Below, piece after piece: positions 1 through 9,054 of a stretch of DNA of 64,000 nt. The DNA lies in assembly GCF_964250715.1 (NCBI RefSeq), contig NZ_CAXUGX010000003.1:116368-180367 (forward strand), in the 5' to 3' direction. The stretch comes from an uncultured Amnibacterium sp. (GTDB lineage: Bacteria > Actinomycetota > Actinomycetes > Actinomycetales > Microbacteriaceae). How positions within the stretch are numbered: the first letter of the stretch is position 1; each line of letters opens with the position of its first letter. The notes under the pieces are model-generated. The model was given only the letters and a program-made list of their open reading frames with translations, was not told where the DNA came from and ran no database searches. A program made the position numbers and the translations under genes.

Positions 1-2
1 CC

Positions 3-646
3 ACCGGCCAATTCCTGCAAGTCGACCCCGCCCTCGAGACCACCCACCAGCCCTACACCTACGGCAACAACAACCCCCTCAATACCACCGACCCAACCGG
101 TCTTTACAAACGAAACGACACGAGTCCATGGGAGCTCGGGCTTCAGTGGCTCACGGGTACGGGGCCCAGGCATCAGGAGTTCCACGCGGGCGACCCCTTC
201 ACAGAACAGCTTCGTCAACACGAACAAATCCGGCAGGACCGGAACGCGATTCGGGAAGCCCTTGAGAAGGACGCATATACACCAGGACAAGCCATCACGA
301 GCGCCGGCGACTTGTCGTACGAGCTCGGAGGCATTGACGGACCTGCAAAATTTGTGAAGGATTACTCGACCCTCGCGACCTTTGGTACAACAGGCAACCT
401 AGCAGTGACCTTTTGGGTGCCTATAGCGTCACGGCAACAGCGCTTCAATCAGCGGTAGGTGATTGCGCAAATGTTCGGTTCACGGTGACGAACACTTCTA
501 ACTTTGCATCTTCAGTTCATCTTCCACTGTATGGACTTATTCCCGGCTACCACAACGTAGAGCGGTTTGAGAACTCGCTCTTCAAGAAAGGCCCACTTTC
601 GCCAACAAATCAGACTATCACCTGGACCGAGGGCATTCGCTGGTGA
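3..646 (+). pseudogene. 3' end of an RHS/YD-repeat polymorphic-toxin gene (RHS core terminus + C-terminal toxin tail); frame broken near T-run 411-414
   Basis: Frame +3 enters from the window edge: ..TGQFLQVDPALETTHQPYTYGNNNPLNTTDPTGL (RHS core end; DPTGL = 90-104). It continues into a non-repeat tail and stops at TAG 456-458. Frame +2 is open from 266, has no ATG/GTG before TTG 413 and no SD. It runs ..LGAYSVTATALQSAVGDC.. to TGA 644-646, which overlaps the start of the next gene. One extra T in TTTT 411-414 would join the frames (..GNLAVTF|LGAYSV..). Confidence 0.6.
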
Positions 647-1092
647 GTTCTCGCCGACTATTCCTAATGGGAGCGATGCCCGTCCTCGTGGCATTTTCTC
701 TTTCTTCATGCGTGGAGCAGCCAATTCCGAAGACGCGCCAGCTTGTCGGAACTTGGCGCGGTGAATACAACAGCCAAATGATACTTATGGTTGACCACAG
801 TTGCGTTGTCACGCGCATTCCGGATGCAGTCACCGCTGGGCAGCCCATTCCTAAAGCCGCAACACGTCACACTATAACCGCCCCGGGCACATGGACGATC
901 GGATCCCCCGTGACAGGACACCAGCGTTCGAACGACGACGTTCCCTTCATCACCATACAGTTCGCAGGTGCTCCGAGAGCCCTAGGATCAGGACTCTTAT
1001 TCAGAGTACAGAACCCTTATGAGATTTACGCCGTTCTGGGTGACCCCGACCTTCATGATCGTTTCACCATGAAACGCACGGACCAAGGATAA
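643..1092 (+). CDS. small secreted lipoprotein, candidate cognate immunity protein of the RHS toxin tail
   Basis: 149-aa ORF. N-terminus MSSRRLFLMGAMPVLVAFSLSSC = signal peptide plus lipobox (L-S-S-C). GTG start overlaps the TGA of the toxin-tail ORF (GTGA 643-646). GC is about 50%, like the rest of 1-2800. Confidence 0.6.
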   Translation: MSSRRLFLMGAMPVLVAFSLSSCVEQPIPKTRQLVGTWRGEYNSQMILMVDHSCVVTRIPDAVTAGQPIPKAATRHTITAPGTWTIGSPVTGHQRSNDDVPFITIQFAGAPRALGSGLLFRVQNPYEIYAVLGDPDLHDRFTMKRTDQG

Positions 1093-1343
1093 AACCTGTG
1101 AGCAAGGCTCGTGCAGGTACTAAAAACCCCCTGAGTTATTCCGGCTACAACAACTCAAAGAGTGAACACCCCAATCCAATCAACGGAATGACGAACGGAA
1201 AAACCTATTCAACGGAGAGACCCTGTTCGCGAGCCCGGGCGACAATGGAGTGGCCTGGATCTCTCCTCGGTCCAGTGACCGACTGGCCCGGTCATTAAGT
1301 ACGGACCTCGCCGTTTCCACCTACTGCCTACTGGGTACGCGCG

Positions 1344-2210
1344 TTGAGCTACTCACTCGAGCCCGTGCCCGAGGGTTCGGACCTGGTTGTCTCAGGTCCC
1401 TGGACAACGCAGATGGCGCAATGCTTCCACAACGGTCTTGCCGATGGGCTGACCCTGAACTATGCGAGAGGATTCCAGGAGCGAAACTTGTCCTTTCTTA
1501 AAGGACTTCCAATACGACGCCTCACGATTCTTGCTCGCACGATGTCTGACCTCGATCCCGTGTACGAGCTTGCAACAACTCTTACGGAGTTGAGTGTCGA
1601 GACTGACGAACGAACGCCGATCGACCTGGGTCGACTGCCTCATCTTCGTATTCTTGCCGCTTCGTGGCGGCAGGTAAGACAAACCATCGGTTCGGCAGAA
1701 AAACTCGAGAAATGCTTGCTGCTCTCATACGAGGAGGTCGATTTGACACCGCTCGGGGCTCTCACCTCGCTGTCAAGTCTTGCTCTCAAGGACCATCCCG
1801 CGGTCGCCTCTCTGGCCGGCCTCGATCGCCTACCATGGCTGACAGATCTCGGCATCTACTCCGCTCGAGATCTAGAAGACCTTTCGGAACTGAGGCGAAC
1901 CGCATCACCAACTTTGCAACGGCTGCAACTCGAATCATGTCGTCGCATAGAAACGCTCGAGGCGATAGCTTGCTGTGAAGCGCTGACGTTCTTGAACGCG
2001 GGAGACTGTGGCGACATTGCCTCCTTGCAGCCGATTGCGCGACTTGGGCGGCTCGAGTCTCTCTACCTGTACGAATCTACTCGAATTGTCGATAACGATT
2101 TAACGCCCATTACGAAGCTGCCTCGCTTGCGCGACTTCCGCATGCGAAGCCGTCGAAGCTATGTACCTAGCGTGCCGGACCTGCAGCAAGCAATCATTGC
2201 TCGGAATTGA
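1344..2210 (+). CDS. leucine-rich-repeat (LRR) protein, possible orphan immunity/accessory protein of the RHS locus
   Basis: 288-aa ORF with periodic LxxLxxLxL units (LPHLRILAAS, LTSLSSLALKD, LPWLTDLGIYS, LQRLQLESC, LTFLNAGDC, LGRLESLYLYE, LPRLRDFRM). Low GC like the RHS tail. Start (TTG 1344 or a later ATG) uncertain. Confidence 0.55.
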   Translation: MSYSLEPVPEGSDLVVSGPWTTQMAQCFHNGLADGLTLNYARGFQERNLSFLKGLPIRRLTILARTMSDLDPVYELATTLTELSVETDERTPIDLGRLPHLRILAASWRQVRQTIGSAEKLEKCLLLSYEEVDLTPLGALTSLSSLALKDHPAVASLAGLDRLPWLTDLGIYSARDLEDLSELRRTASPTLQRLQLESCRRIETLEAIACCEALTFLNAGDCGDIASLQPIARLGRLESLYLYESTRIVDNDLTPITKLPRLRDFRMRSRRSYVPSVPDLQQAIIARN

Positions 2211-2886
2211 TCTAAGATAGTTACCATCGATGACTTGGGTGATTCGAGCGCGGCGGACTCTGCTGAGCTTTTCGTAGTTGCCTGAATCCTAGTTCAGGAG
2301 GGCGGTAGTCCGAAAACCCACCGACTGCGATGTGATGAGGCTCAGGAAATCAGACGCAAGGGGGTCGTGTACTGTGCGCGGCCAACGACATACCAGGGAA
2401 TGGACGGTCGACGCGAGCGCCGATAAGATCCATTATCGGCGCACGTGGTCGCTCTCGAAGGCTCGCTTCCGAAGCAACGGTCACTTTGGAAGCCAGTAAC
2501 TGAGTGCACCCCGGGTCAGACGGACAAGCCTTTCTCCAAGGTCAGGGCTAAAGCTCCACGCTTCGTACGAGTCCGATGCGTTGACGACGAGGGTCAGCTG
2601 TCCTGCCTGGAGTGTTAGTGCGCGTCAAGCCATCTACCTCCGCTACCAAAACCGCGGTGGATAATTGGTAATACCGCTCCGAGACTGCTGGCCTGCTCGG
2701 GGTCAACTGATTCACCTGAACTCAGAAGAGAAGGCGTCTCTATTCTGAGCTGTGCAACATCATTGCACACGATAGTCGAGCCAAAGTCGACTCGCACTTG
2801 CGTAACGGTTAGGCCGGTCAGTGCGAGTGTCCCGCCCGACTCAACGGACCCTTTCCACCTCGGATCTGAACAGACGCGTCGCGGGG

Positions 2887-5265
2887 TCAGGCGCGGCCGT
2901 GCGGCCAGGTCCAGTCGGCGATCGCCGGGTCGTCCTCGCCGTGCTCGCGGGTGTAGCGGCGGGCGGCCAGGCGCGCGTCCTGCATGCGCTGCCGCAACTC
3001 CGCGTGCCGGGTGCCCAGGCTCGGCACGCGGTCGATCACGTCGATGACCAGCGCGAACCGGTCGAGCGCGTTCATCATCACCATGTCGAAGGGCGTGGTG
3101 GTCGTGCCCTCCTCGATGTAGCCGTGCACATGGAACTGGTCGTGGTTGGCCCGCTTGTACGTCAGGCGGTGGACCAGGCTCGGGTAGCCGTGGTAGGCGA
3201 AGATCACCGGCTTGTCGGGCGTGAAGACGGCGTCGAACTCGGTGTCCGGCAGGCCGTGCGGATGCTCGGAGTCGCTCTGCAGCCGCATCAGGTCGACCAC
3301 GTTCACGACCCGCACCGCCAGGTCCGGCAGGGCGCGGCGCAGGATGTCGGCCGCCGCCAGGGTCTCCAGCGTCGGGATCTCGCCCGCGCAGGCGAGCACC
3401 ACCTCCGGCTCATTGTTCGTCGTCGACGCCCACTCCCAGATGCCGAGCCCGCGCGTGCAGTGTGCGATCGCCTGCTCCATCGTCAGATAGTCCAGCTGCG
3501 GCTGCTTGCCCGCCACGATCACGTTTATGTACTGCCGGCTGCGCAGCACGTGGTCGCCGACGCTGAGCAGGCAGTTCGCGTCCGGCGGCAGGTACACCCG
3601 CGCGATCTCGGCCTTCTTGTTCACCACGTGGTCGATGAAGCCGGGGTCCTGGTGGCTGGAGCCGTTGTGGTCCTGCCGCCACACATGGCTGCTGAGCAGG
3701 TAGTTCAAGCTGGCGATCGGCGCCCGCCACGGGATTCGGTTGATGTCGTGCAGCCACTTGGCGTGCTGGTTGACCATCGAGTCGACGATGTGCGCGAATG
3801 CCTCGTACGAGTTCAGCAGGCCGTGGCGGCCGGTCAGCAGGTAACCCTCCAGCCAGCCCTGGCACAGGTGCTCGCTCAGCACCTCCATCACCCGGCCGTC
3901 CGGCGCCAGATGGTCGTCGGTGTCCAGGATGGGCGCCTCCCACGTGCGGTTCGCCTCCTCGAAGACGGCGGAGAGGCGGTTGGAGGCGGTCTCGTCGGGG
4001 CCGAAGATGCGGAATCGCTCCGGATTCAGGCGCATCACGTCGCGCAGGTACTGCCCGAGCACGCCGGTGGCGGAGTGGGAGGTGGTGCCGGGCTGCTGCA
4101 CGTCGACCGCGTAGTCGCGGAAGTCGGGCAGCTCCAGGTCCTGCACCAGCAGGCCGCCGTTGGTGTGCGGATTGGCGCCCATCCGGCGGTCGCCCTGCGG
4201 GGCGAGCGCCTGCAGCTCGGGGACGAGCGCGCCCTCGTCGTCGAACAGCTCGTCGGGGTGGTAGCTCTGCAGCCACTGCTCCAACTGCCGCAGGTGGCTC
4301 TCGTTGGTGCGCACCTCGGAGAGCGGCACCTGGTGGGCGCGGAAGGTGCCCTCGATCTGCTGACCGTCGACGACCTTCGGCCCGGTCCAGCCCTTGGGGG
4401 TTCGCAGCACGAGCATCGGCCACGGCACGGGATGCTGCGGAGCGCCGCCGTCGCGCGCCGCCTGCTGCATGGCGGCCAGGTCGTCCAGGGCGCCGTCGAG
4501 GGCGTCGGCCAGCGCGCGGTGCACGAGGGCCGGATCGTCGCCCGAGACGACCACGGGGGCGTAGCCGTGGCCGCGCAGCAGGGACAGCATCTGCTCCTCC
4601 GGCATGCGGGCCAGCACCGTGGGGTTGGCGATCTTGTAGCCGTTCAGGTGCAGGATCGGGAGCACGGCGCCGTCGCGCGCGGCGTCGAGGAATGCGACCG
4701 ACTGCCAGCTGGTGGCGAGCGGCCCGGTCTCGGCCTCGCCGTCGCCGATCACGCAGAACGCGACGAGGTCCGGGTTGTCGAACACGGCGCCCGCGGCATG
4801 CATCAGGGAGTAGCCCAGCTCGCCGCCCTCGTTGATCGAGCCGGGCGTCTCCGGAGCGGCGTGGGAGGGGATGCCGCCGGGGAACGAGAACTGCCGGAAC
4901 AGCCGGTGGATGCCCTCGGTGTTGCGGCCGATCCGCGGGTACACCTCGGTGTAGGTGCCTTCGAGGTAGGTGTTCGCGACCACCGCCGGACCGCCGTGGC
5001 CCGGACCGGTGACGAAGATCGCGTCCAGGTCGCGCTCGCGGATCACCCGGTTGCAGTGCGAGTACAGCAGGTTCAGCCCGGGCGTGGTGCCCCAGTGGCC
5101 GAGCAGCCGCGGCTTGATGTGGGCGGGCTCCAGCGGCTGCCGCATCAGGGGATTGTCGAGCAGATAGATCTGCCCGACGGAGAGGTAGTTGGCGGCGCGC
5201 CAGTACCGGTCGATCAGCGCGAGGTCGTCGTCGGTGGCGGTGGTGCGTTCCGCGGTGCTGGTCAT
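2887..5265 (-). CDS. xfp: xylulose-5-phosphate/fructose-6-phosphate phosphoketolase
   Basis: 792 aa. Hallmark phosphoketolase blocks: [67 protein letters not shown]. Confidence 0.95.
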   Translation of the reverse strand: MTSTAERTTATDDDLALIDRYWRAANYLSVGQIYLLDNPLMRQPLEPAHIKPRLLGHWGTTPGLNLLYSHCNRVIRERDLDAIFVTGPGHGGPAVVANTYLEGTYTEVYPRIGRNTEGIHRLFRQFSFPGGIPSHAAPETPGSINEGGELGYSLMHAAGAVFDNPDLVAFCVIGDGEAETGPLATSWQSVAFLDAARDGAVLPILHLNGYKIANPTVLARMPEEQMLSLLRGHGYAPVVVSGDDPALVHRALADALDGALDDLAAMQQAARDGGAPQHPVPWPMLVLRTPKGWTGPKVVDGQQIEGTFRAHQVPLSEVRTNESHLRQLEQWLQSYHPDELFDDEGALVPELQALAPQGDRRMGANPHTNGGLLVQDLELPDFRDYAVDVQQPGTTSHSATGVLGQYLRDVMRLNPERFRIFGPDETASNRLSAVFEEANRTWEAPILDTDDHLAPDGRVMEVLSEHLCQGWLEGYLLTGRHGLLNSYEAFAHIVDSMVNQHAKWLHDINRIPWRAPIASLNYLLSSHVWRQDHNGSSHQDPGFIDHVVNKKAEIARVYLPPDANCLLSVGDHVLRSRQYINVIVAGKQPQLDYLTMEQAIAHCTRGLGIWEWASTTNNEPEVVLACAGEIPTLETLAAADILRRALPDLAVRVVNVVDLMRLQSDSEHPHGLPDTEFDAVFTPDKPVIFAYHGYPSLVHRLTYKRANHDQFHVHGYIEEGTTTTPFDMVMMNALDRFALVIDVIDRVPSLGTRHAELRQRMQDARLAARRYTREHGEDDPAIADWTWPHGRA

Positions 5266-5583
5266 CGGTGTTCCTCTCGGACGCCGGTGGCCGGCGCCCC
5301 TTCACCGGTCAGCGTGGCCGGTCAAGCTGGCCGCCCGCCCTGTGGACGTGACACACCCACCGGCCCTCCTACGGCGCACCCCGCACAAGTACGGAGTACC
5401 AGCCCAAGTACGGAGCACCGTGCTCAACTACGGATGAATCGGGCCCGAACACGGCGTGTCGGCTGGGATCTCCGTAGTTGGGCGGGGAGCGCTGAGGGCG
5501 CCGTCTTCACCGACGCCGCGAAGCCGGCTTCCTGGCGGGCTGCCGTCGAGCCGGCCGTCGGCACCTGCCGATAACGTGAGGCC

Positions 5584-6129
5584 GTGAGCATCGAGCAGAC
5601 GGTGACGGCCCTCCCGAGCGAGTCGACGCAGGCGCAGGCGGTGGCGGTACCGCCCAGGGAGATCCTTCGGTGGGACGAGGTGGGCACGGCCGCGCGGCAA
5701 CTGGCCACCGACATCACCGCCAGCGGATTCGACCCCGAGATCGTGGTCGCGATCGCCCGAGGCGGCCTGCTGGTGGGCGGTGCGCTCGCCTACGCCCTGG
5801 GCGTCAAGCGGTGCGGCTCCATCAACGTCGAGCTGTATACCGGCGTCGACCAGACCCTCCCCGAGCCGCTGCTGCTCGCGCCGCATCTGGACGGGGAGTC
5901 GCTGGCCGGACGGCGCGTGCTGCTGGTCGACGACGTCTCGCAATCCGGGCTGACGCTCAAGCTGGCCGTCGACATCATCAGCCGCATGGGCGCCGACGTG
6001 CGCACCGCCTGCTACTACACGAAGCCCCAGACGGTGTTCGTGCCCGACTTCTCGTGGCGCGAGACGGACCGCTGGATCGTCTTCCCGTGGTCCGCCGAGC
6101 CGCCGGTCACCGGAGCCCGCGCGGAATGA
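5584..6129 (+). CDS. type-I phosphoribosyltransferase (xanthine/guanine PRT-like)
   Basis: 181 aa. PRPP-binding loop RVLLVDDVSQSGLTL. Size and layout match purine PRTs. Confidence 0.75.
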   Translation: MSIEQTVTALPSESTQAQAVAVPPREILRWDEVGTAARQLATDITASGFDPEIVVAIARGGLLVGGALAYALGVKRCGSINVELYTGVDQTLPEPLLLAPHLDGESLAGRRVLLVDDVSQSGLTLKLAVDIISRMGADVRTACYYTKPQTVFVPDFSWRETDRWIVFPWSAEPPVTGARAE

Positions 6130-6135
6130 CCGCGT

Positions 6136-6888
6136 GTGGAACGACCTCCGCGGCCCGACCTGCATGACCGTCGGGCGGACGACTCCCTCCTCGTGAGTGC
6201 GCCGGGACTCGCCGAACTCGCCTCGACCGGCCGCATCGATCCCGGCTGGGCCGCGGCGCTCGCCCCGGTCGAGGACGACCTGCTCCGCATGCAGGCGTTC
6301 CTCGACGCCGAGGAGGCGGCGGGCCAGACCGTGCTGCCGGCGCGCGCCGACGTACTGCGCGCGTTCCGCACGCCGTTGAATCACGTGCGGGTCGTGATCC
6401 TGGGCCAGGACCCCTACCCGACCCCCGGCCATCCGATCGGGCTCGCCTTCGCGGTGGAACGACACGTGCGGCCCCTGCCGCGCAGCCTCGTGAACATCTA
6501 CACGGAGCGGCGCAGCGACCTGGGGCTCGCTCCAGCAGCCCATGGCGACCTCTCGGCCTGGACCGAGCGCGGAGTCCTGCTGCTCAACCGCTGCCTGACC
6601 GTGCGGGCCGGCCAGGCGGGCTCGCACGCCAAGCAGGGCTGGGAGTCGGTCACCGCCGCGGCCCTGCAGGCGCTCGCCGATCGCGGCGGCCCCCTCGTCG
6701 CGGTGCTGTGGGGCAAACAGGCGCAGACCGCGGCACCGGTGCTCGTCGGCGTCCCGCAACTGCACTCCGCGCATCCGAGCCCCCTCTCCGCACGCAACGG
6801 CTTCTTCGGCTCCCGCCCCTTCAGCCGCATCGACGAGTCGCTGACGCAGCAGGGCGCGCAGCCGATCGACTGGAGCCTGCCCGCGTAA
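6136..6888 (+). CDS. ung: uracil-DNA glycosylase, family 1
   Basis: Motifs VVILGQDPYPTPGHPIGLAFAV and LHSAHPSPLSA. Start could be GTG 6136 or a slightly later GTG. Confidence 0.9.
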   Translation: MERPPRPDLHDRRADDSLLVSAPGLAELASTGRIDPGWAAALAPVEDDLLRMQAFLDAEEAAGQTVLPARADVLRAFRTPLNHVRVVILGQDPYPTPGHPIGLAFAVERHVRPLPRSLVNIYTERRSDLGLAPAAHGDLSAWTERGVLLLNRCLTVRAGQAGSHAKQGWESVTAAALQALADRGGPLVAVLWGKQAQTAAPVLVGVPQLHSAHPSPLSARNGFFGSRPFSRIDESLTQQGAQPIDWSLPA

Positions 6889-6919
6889 GCTCGCCCGTCG
6901 TGCTGGAGGAGGAGCCATC

Positions 6920-7498
6920 ATGCTGGAAGAGGAGTACGCCGAACGCCGCGTCAAGCCGTTCCACCTGCGCCGCTTCGATCCGCCCGAGGCGCCGTTCGCC
7001 TATGAGATCCGCAGCGCGCAGCCGCGCGACCTGCCCGATGTGCGCGAGATCTACAACCACTACGTCACCAACAGCGTCGTCACGTTCGACGAGGATCGTA
7101 TGTCGCTTGCGGAATGGAAGTCCAAGTACGCCTACCTGATGCGCCTCAAGCTGCCGTTCCTGGTCGCGGTGTCGCCATCGGGGCAGGTGCTCGGGTACGC
7201 GCTCTGTGCGCCGTGGAATCAGAAGCGCGCCTACCGCTTCACCGCCGAGAACTCGATCTACCTGCGGGCGGCGTCCACCGGCAAGGGGCTGGGCCACGCG
7301 CTGCTCGGTGCTCTGCTGGACGCCGCCAAGCAGGCGGGGTTGAAAGAGGTGCTGGCGATCATCGCCGACTCCGGGGCCGAGGCGTCGCTCGCGCTGCACC
7401 ACAGCTTCGGCTTCAAGGACACCGGGCGGATGGGCCACGTCGGGTTCAAGTTCGGGCACTGGATCGGCACGGTGCTGCTGCAGAAGTCGCTCAAGTAG
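6920..7498 (+). CDS. GNAT family N-acetyltransferase (phosphinothricin/MSX acetyltransferase-like)
   Basis: 192 aa. Acetyl-CoA-binding-type block RAASTGKGLGHALLGALLDAAKQAG. Overall layout of PAT-type GNATs. Confidence 0.75.
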   Translation: MLEEEYAERRVKPFHLRRFDPPEAPFAYEIRSAQPRDLPDVREIYNHYVTNSVVTFDEDRMSLAEWKSKYAYLMRLKLPFLVAVSPSGQVLGYALCAPWNQKRAYRFTAENSIYLRAASTGKGLGHALLGALLDAAKQAGLKEVLAIIADSGAEASLALHHSFGFKDTGRMGHVGFKFGHWIGTVLLQKSLK

Positions 7499-7509
7499 GG
7501 GATCGACTC

Positions 7510-8952
7510 GTGGCGTTCCAGCTGCACCACCTGACCGCGCAGGAGCAGTGGGACTGGGTGCGCCGCCGCGAGGTCACCGCGCTCGAGCTGACGGAGCACC
7601 ACCTGGAGCGGATCGCGCGGCTCGGCCCGCGGATCGGTGCGTTCGCGCGAGTGGATGCCGACGCCGCTCGTGATGCCGCTCGGCGCATCGACGCGAACGG
7701 TCAGGGCGCCGCTCCGCTCTCCGGTGTTCCGATTGCGGAGAAGGAGCTGGCGCGCCGGGCCGGCACCGTGTCGGGTTCCGGCTCGCGGCTGTTCGCCGGC
7801 CGGCCCGCGACCGTGTCCGACGCGATCACGACCGCGATCGACGACACCGGCGCCGTGGTGCTGGGGGCGACCACGGCGCCGGAGTTCGGCCTGACCGGCT
7901 TCACCGAGCCGGCCGGCCGGCCGGCGGCGCGCAATCCCTGGGATGTCGGCACCGGCGCCGGCGGGTCCAGCGGCGGTGCCGCCGCCGCGGTCGCCGCGGG
8001 TCTGGTCCCGTTCGCGGTCGGCTCCGACGGCGGCGGATCGATCCGCATCCCGGCCGCGACCTGCGGCGTGATCGGCGTCAAGCCGTCGCGGGGCAGGGTG
8101 CCCGCTCAGGGCGGCCACGGCTCGCTCGCCGGCCTGGTGACGGCCGGCCCGATCGCGCGGACCGTGGCCGACGCTGCGATGCTGCTCGATGCGCTGGTCG
8201 CGCCCGGCGGGCGGGCCCCTGCGCCGGTCACCGCGCTCGTCGCGCCGGGCGAGTCCGGGTTTCTCGGCGCGGCCATCCGCGGCGAGGGCCGATTCTCGAT
8301 CGGCGTGCTGCAGGGCTCGGTCTGGGACGACGCGGTGTCGATCCGGCTCGATCCCGCGGCCGCTCGCGCGGTGGACCGGGCCGCCGACGCCGTAGACGCG
8401 CTGGGACACGGGCGGCAGAACGTGCGCCTGCAGGGTGAGGACTACCCCGACTTCTTCCGGGTGCTGTGGCAGGCCTCCGCCGCGACCATCCCCGCGCACT
8501 CCGCGGCCGAGCTCGACCTGCTCGAGCCGTACACGCGCGAGCTGGTGCTGCGCGGCCGCGCGCTGGCTGCTGAGCGGGTGGTCGCCGCCCTCGCCGCGGC
8601 CGCCGCGTTCGAGCGCCGCACCATCGCGACGTTCGCGGCCTTCGACGCGGTGCTGACCCCGGCCCTGGCGCTGCCGCTTCGGCCGGTCGGCTGGTACACC
8701 GCGGATGCGGACGGCGACGCGGGTGTCGACACGGTCTTCGACCGGCAGGTGCAGGCGGCGCCGTATTCATCGTTCGTCAACGTCGCCGGCCTGCCGGCGA
8801 TCACCCTGCCGGTGGGGGAGTCGGATGCGGGCTTCCCGACGGGTGTCCAATTGATCGGTCGCCCCGGCGGTGAGGCGACCCTGTTCGCGCTCGCCCGCCA
8901 GCTGGAGCGCCGCTTCGACTGGCCGCGCCGGCACCCGCCCGCCTTCTGGTGA
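7510..8952 (+). CDS. amidase-signature family amidase
   Basis: GTGAGGSSGGAAAAVA and GSDGGGSIRIPA signature blocks. Start set to in-frame GTG 7510 just after the GNAT stop. The upstream part of the 612-aa ORF overlaps the GNAT gene and is rejected. Confidence 0.85.
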   Translation: MAFQLHHLTAQEQWDWVRRREVTALELTEHHLERIARLGPRIGAFARVDADAARDAARRIDANGQGAAPLSGVPIAEKELARRAGTVSGSGSRLFAGRPATVSDAITTAIDDTGAVVLGATTAPEFGLTGFTEPAGRPAARNPWDVGTGAGGSSGGAAAAVAAGLVPFAVGSDGGGSIRIPAATCGVIGVKPSRGRVPAQGGHGSLAGLVTAGPIARTVADAAMLLDALVAPGGRAPAPVTALVAPGESGFLGAAIRGEGRFSIGVLQGSVWDDAVSIRLDPAAARAVDRAADAVDALGHGRQNVRLQGEDYPDFFRVLWQASAATIPAHSAAELDLLEPYTRELVLRGRALAAERVVAALAAAAAFERRTIATFAAFDAVLTPALALPLRPVGWYTADADGDAGVDTVFDRQVQAAPYSSFVNVAGLPAITLPVGESDAGFPTGVQLIGRPGGEATLFALARQLERRFDWPRRHPPAFW

Positions 8953-8966
8953 CCCGCTCGGGCCCA

Positions 8967-8986
8967 CCCCGCCCCGCCCCGCCCCG
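8967..8986 (-). repeat. (CGGGG)x4 tract, canonical G-quadruplex-forming motif on the minus strand
   Basis: Plus strand reads CCCCGCCCCGCCCCGCCCCG, 15 nt after the amidase stop and about 70 nt before the next start codon. Confidence 0.6.
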
Positions 8987-9054
8987 GCGGCCTCATAGGC
9001 GACACAGGGGGTCACCTGGGGTGTTTTCTCAGGGTCGTCTCTAGCTTCGGTCAC

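Noticed and set aside
1098-1298. 66-aa ORF between the lipoprotein and LRR genes (possible extra immunity or orphan toxin stub)
   Set aside because: It has no SD, no RHS-core homology (no DPxGL-type junction), and a composition that looks non-coding. It is kept only as part of the island description.
2615-2797. 60-aa minus-strand ORF in the ORF-poor stretch
   Set aside because: It is short, has no motif and no start context, and could be chance. It may be a remnant, but I cannot support a call.
2821-5574. 917-aa plus-strand ORF (and 3410..5305 minus, 3798..4835 plus) overlapping the phosphoketolase gene
   Set aside because: Arg/Ala/Gly/Pro/Val-rich low-complexity translations with no motifs. 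They are typical shadow frames of a 70% GC gene whose real frame (2887..5265 minus) has unmistakable phosphoketolase blocks.
5428-6954. 508-aa minus-strand ORF across the PRT and ung genes
   Set aside because: It is antisense to two genes with clear motifs, and its composition is Arg/Gly/Ala-dominated.
7114-7509. N-terminal 130 codons of the listed 612-aa amidase ORF
   Set aside because: This part overlaps the GNAT gene in another frame and is Arg/Ala-rich. The amidase homology starts only after GTG 7510.
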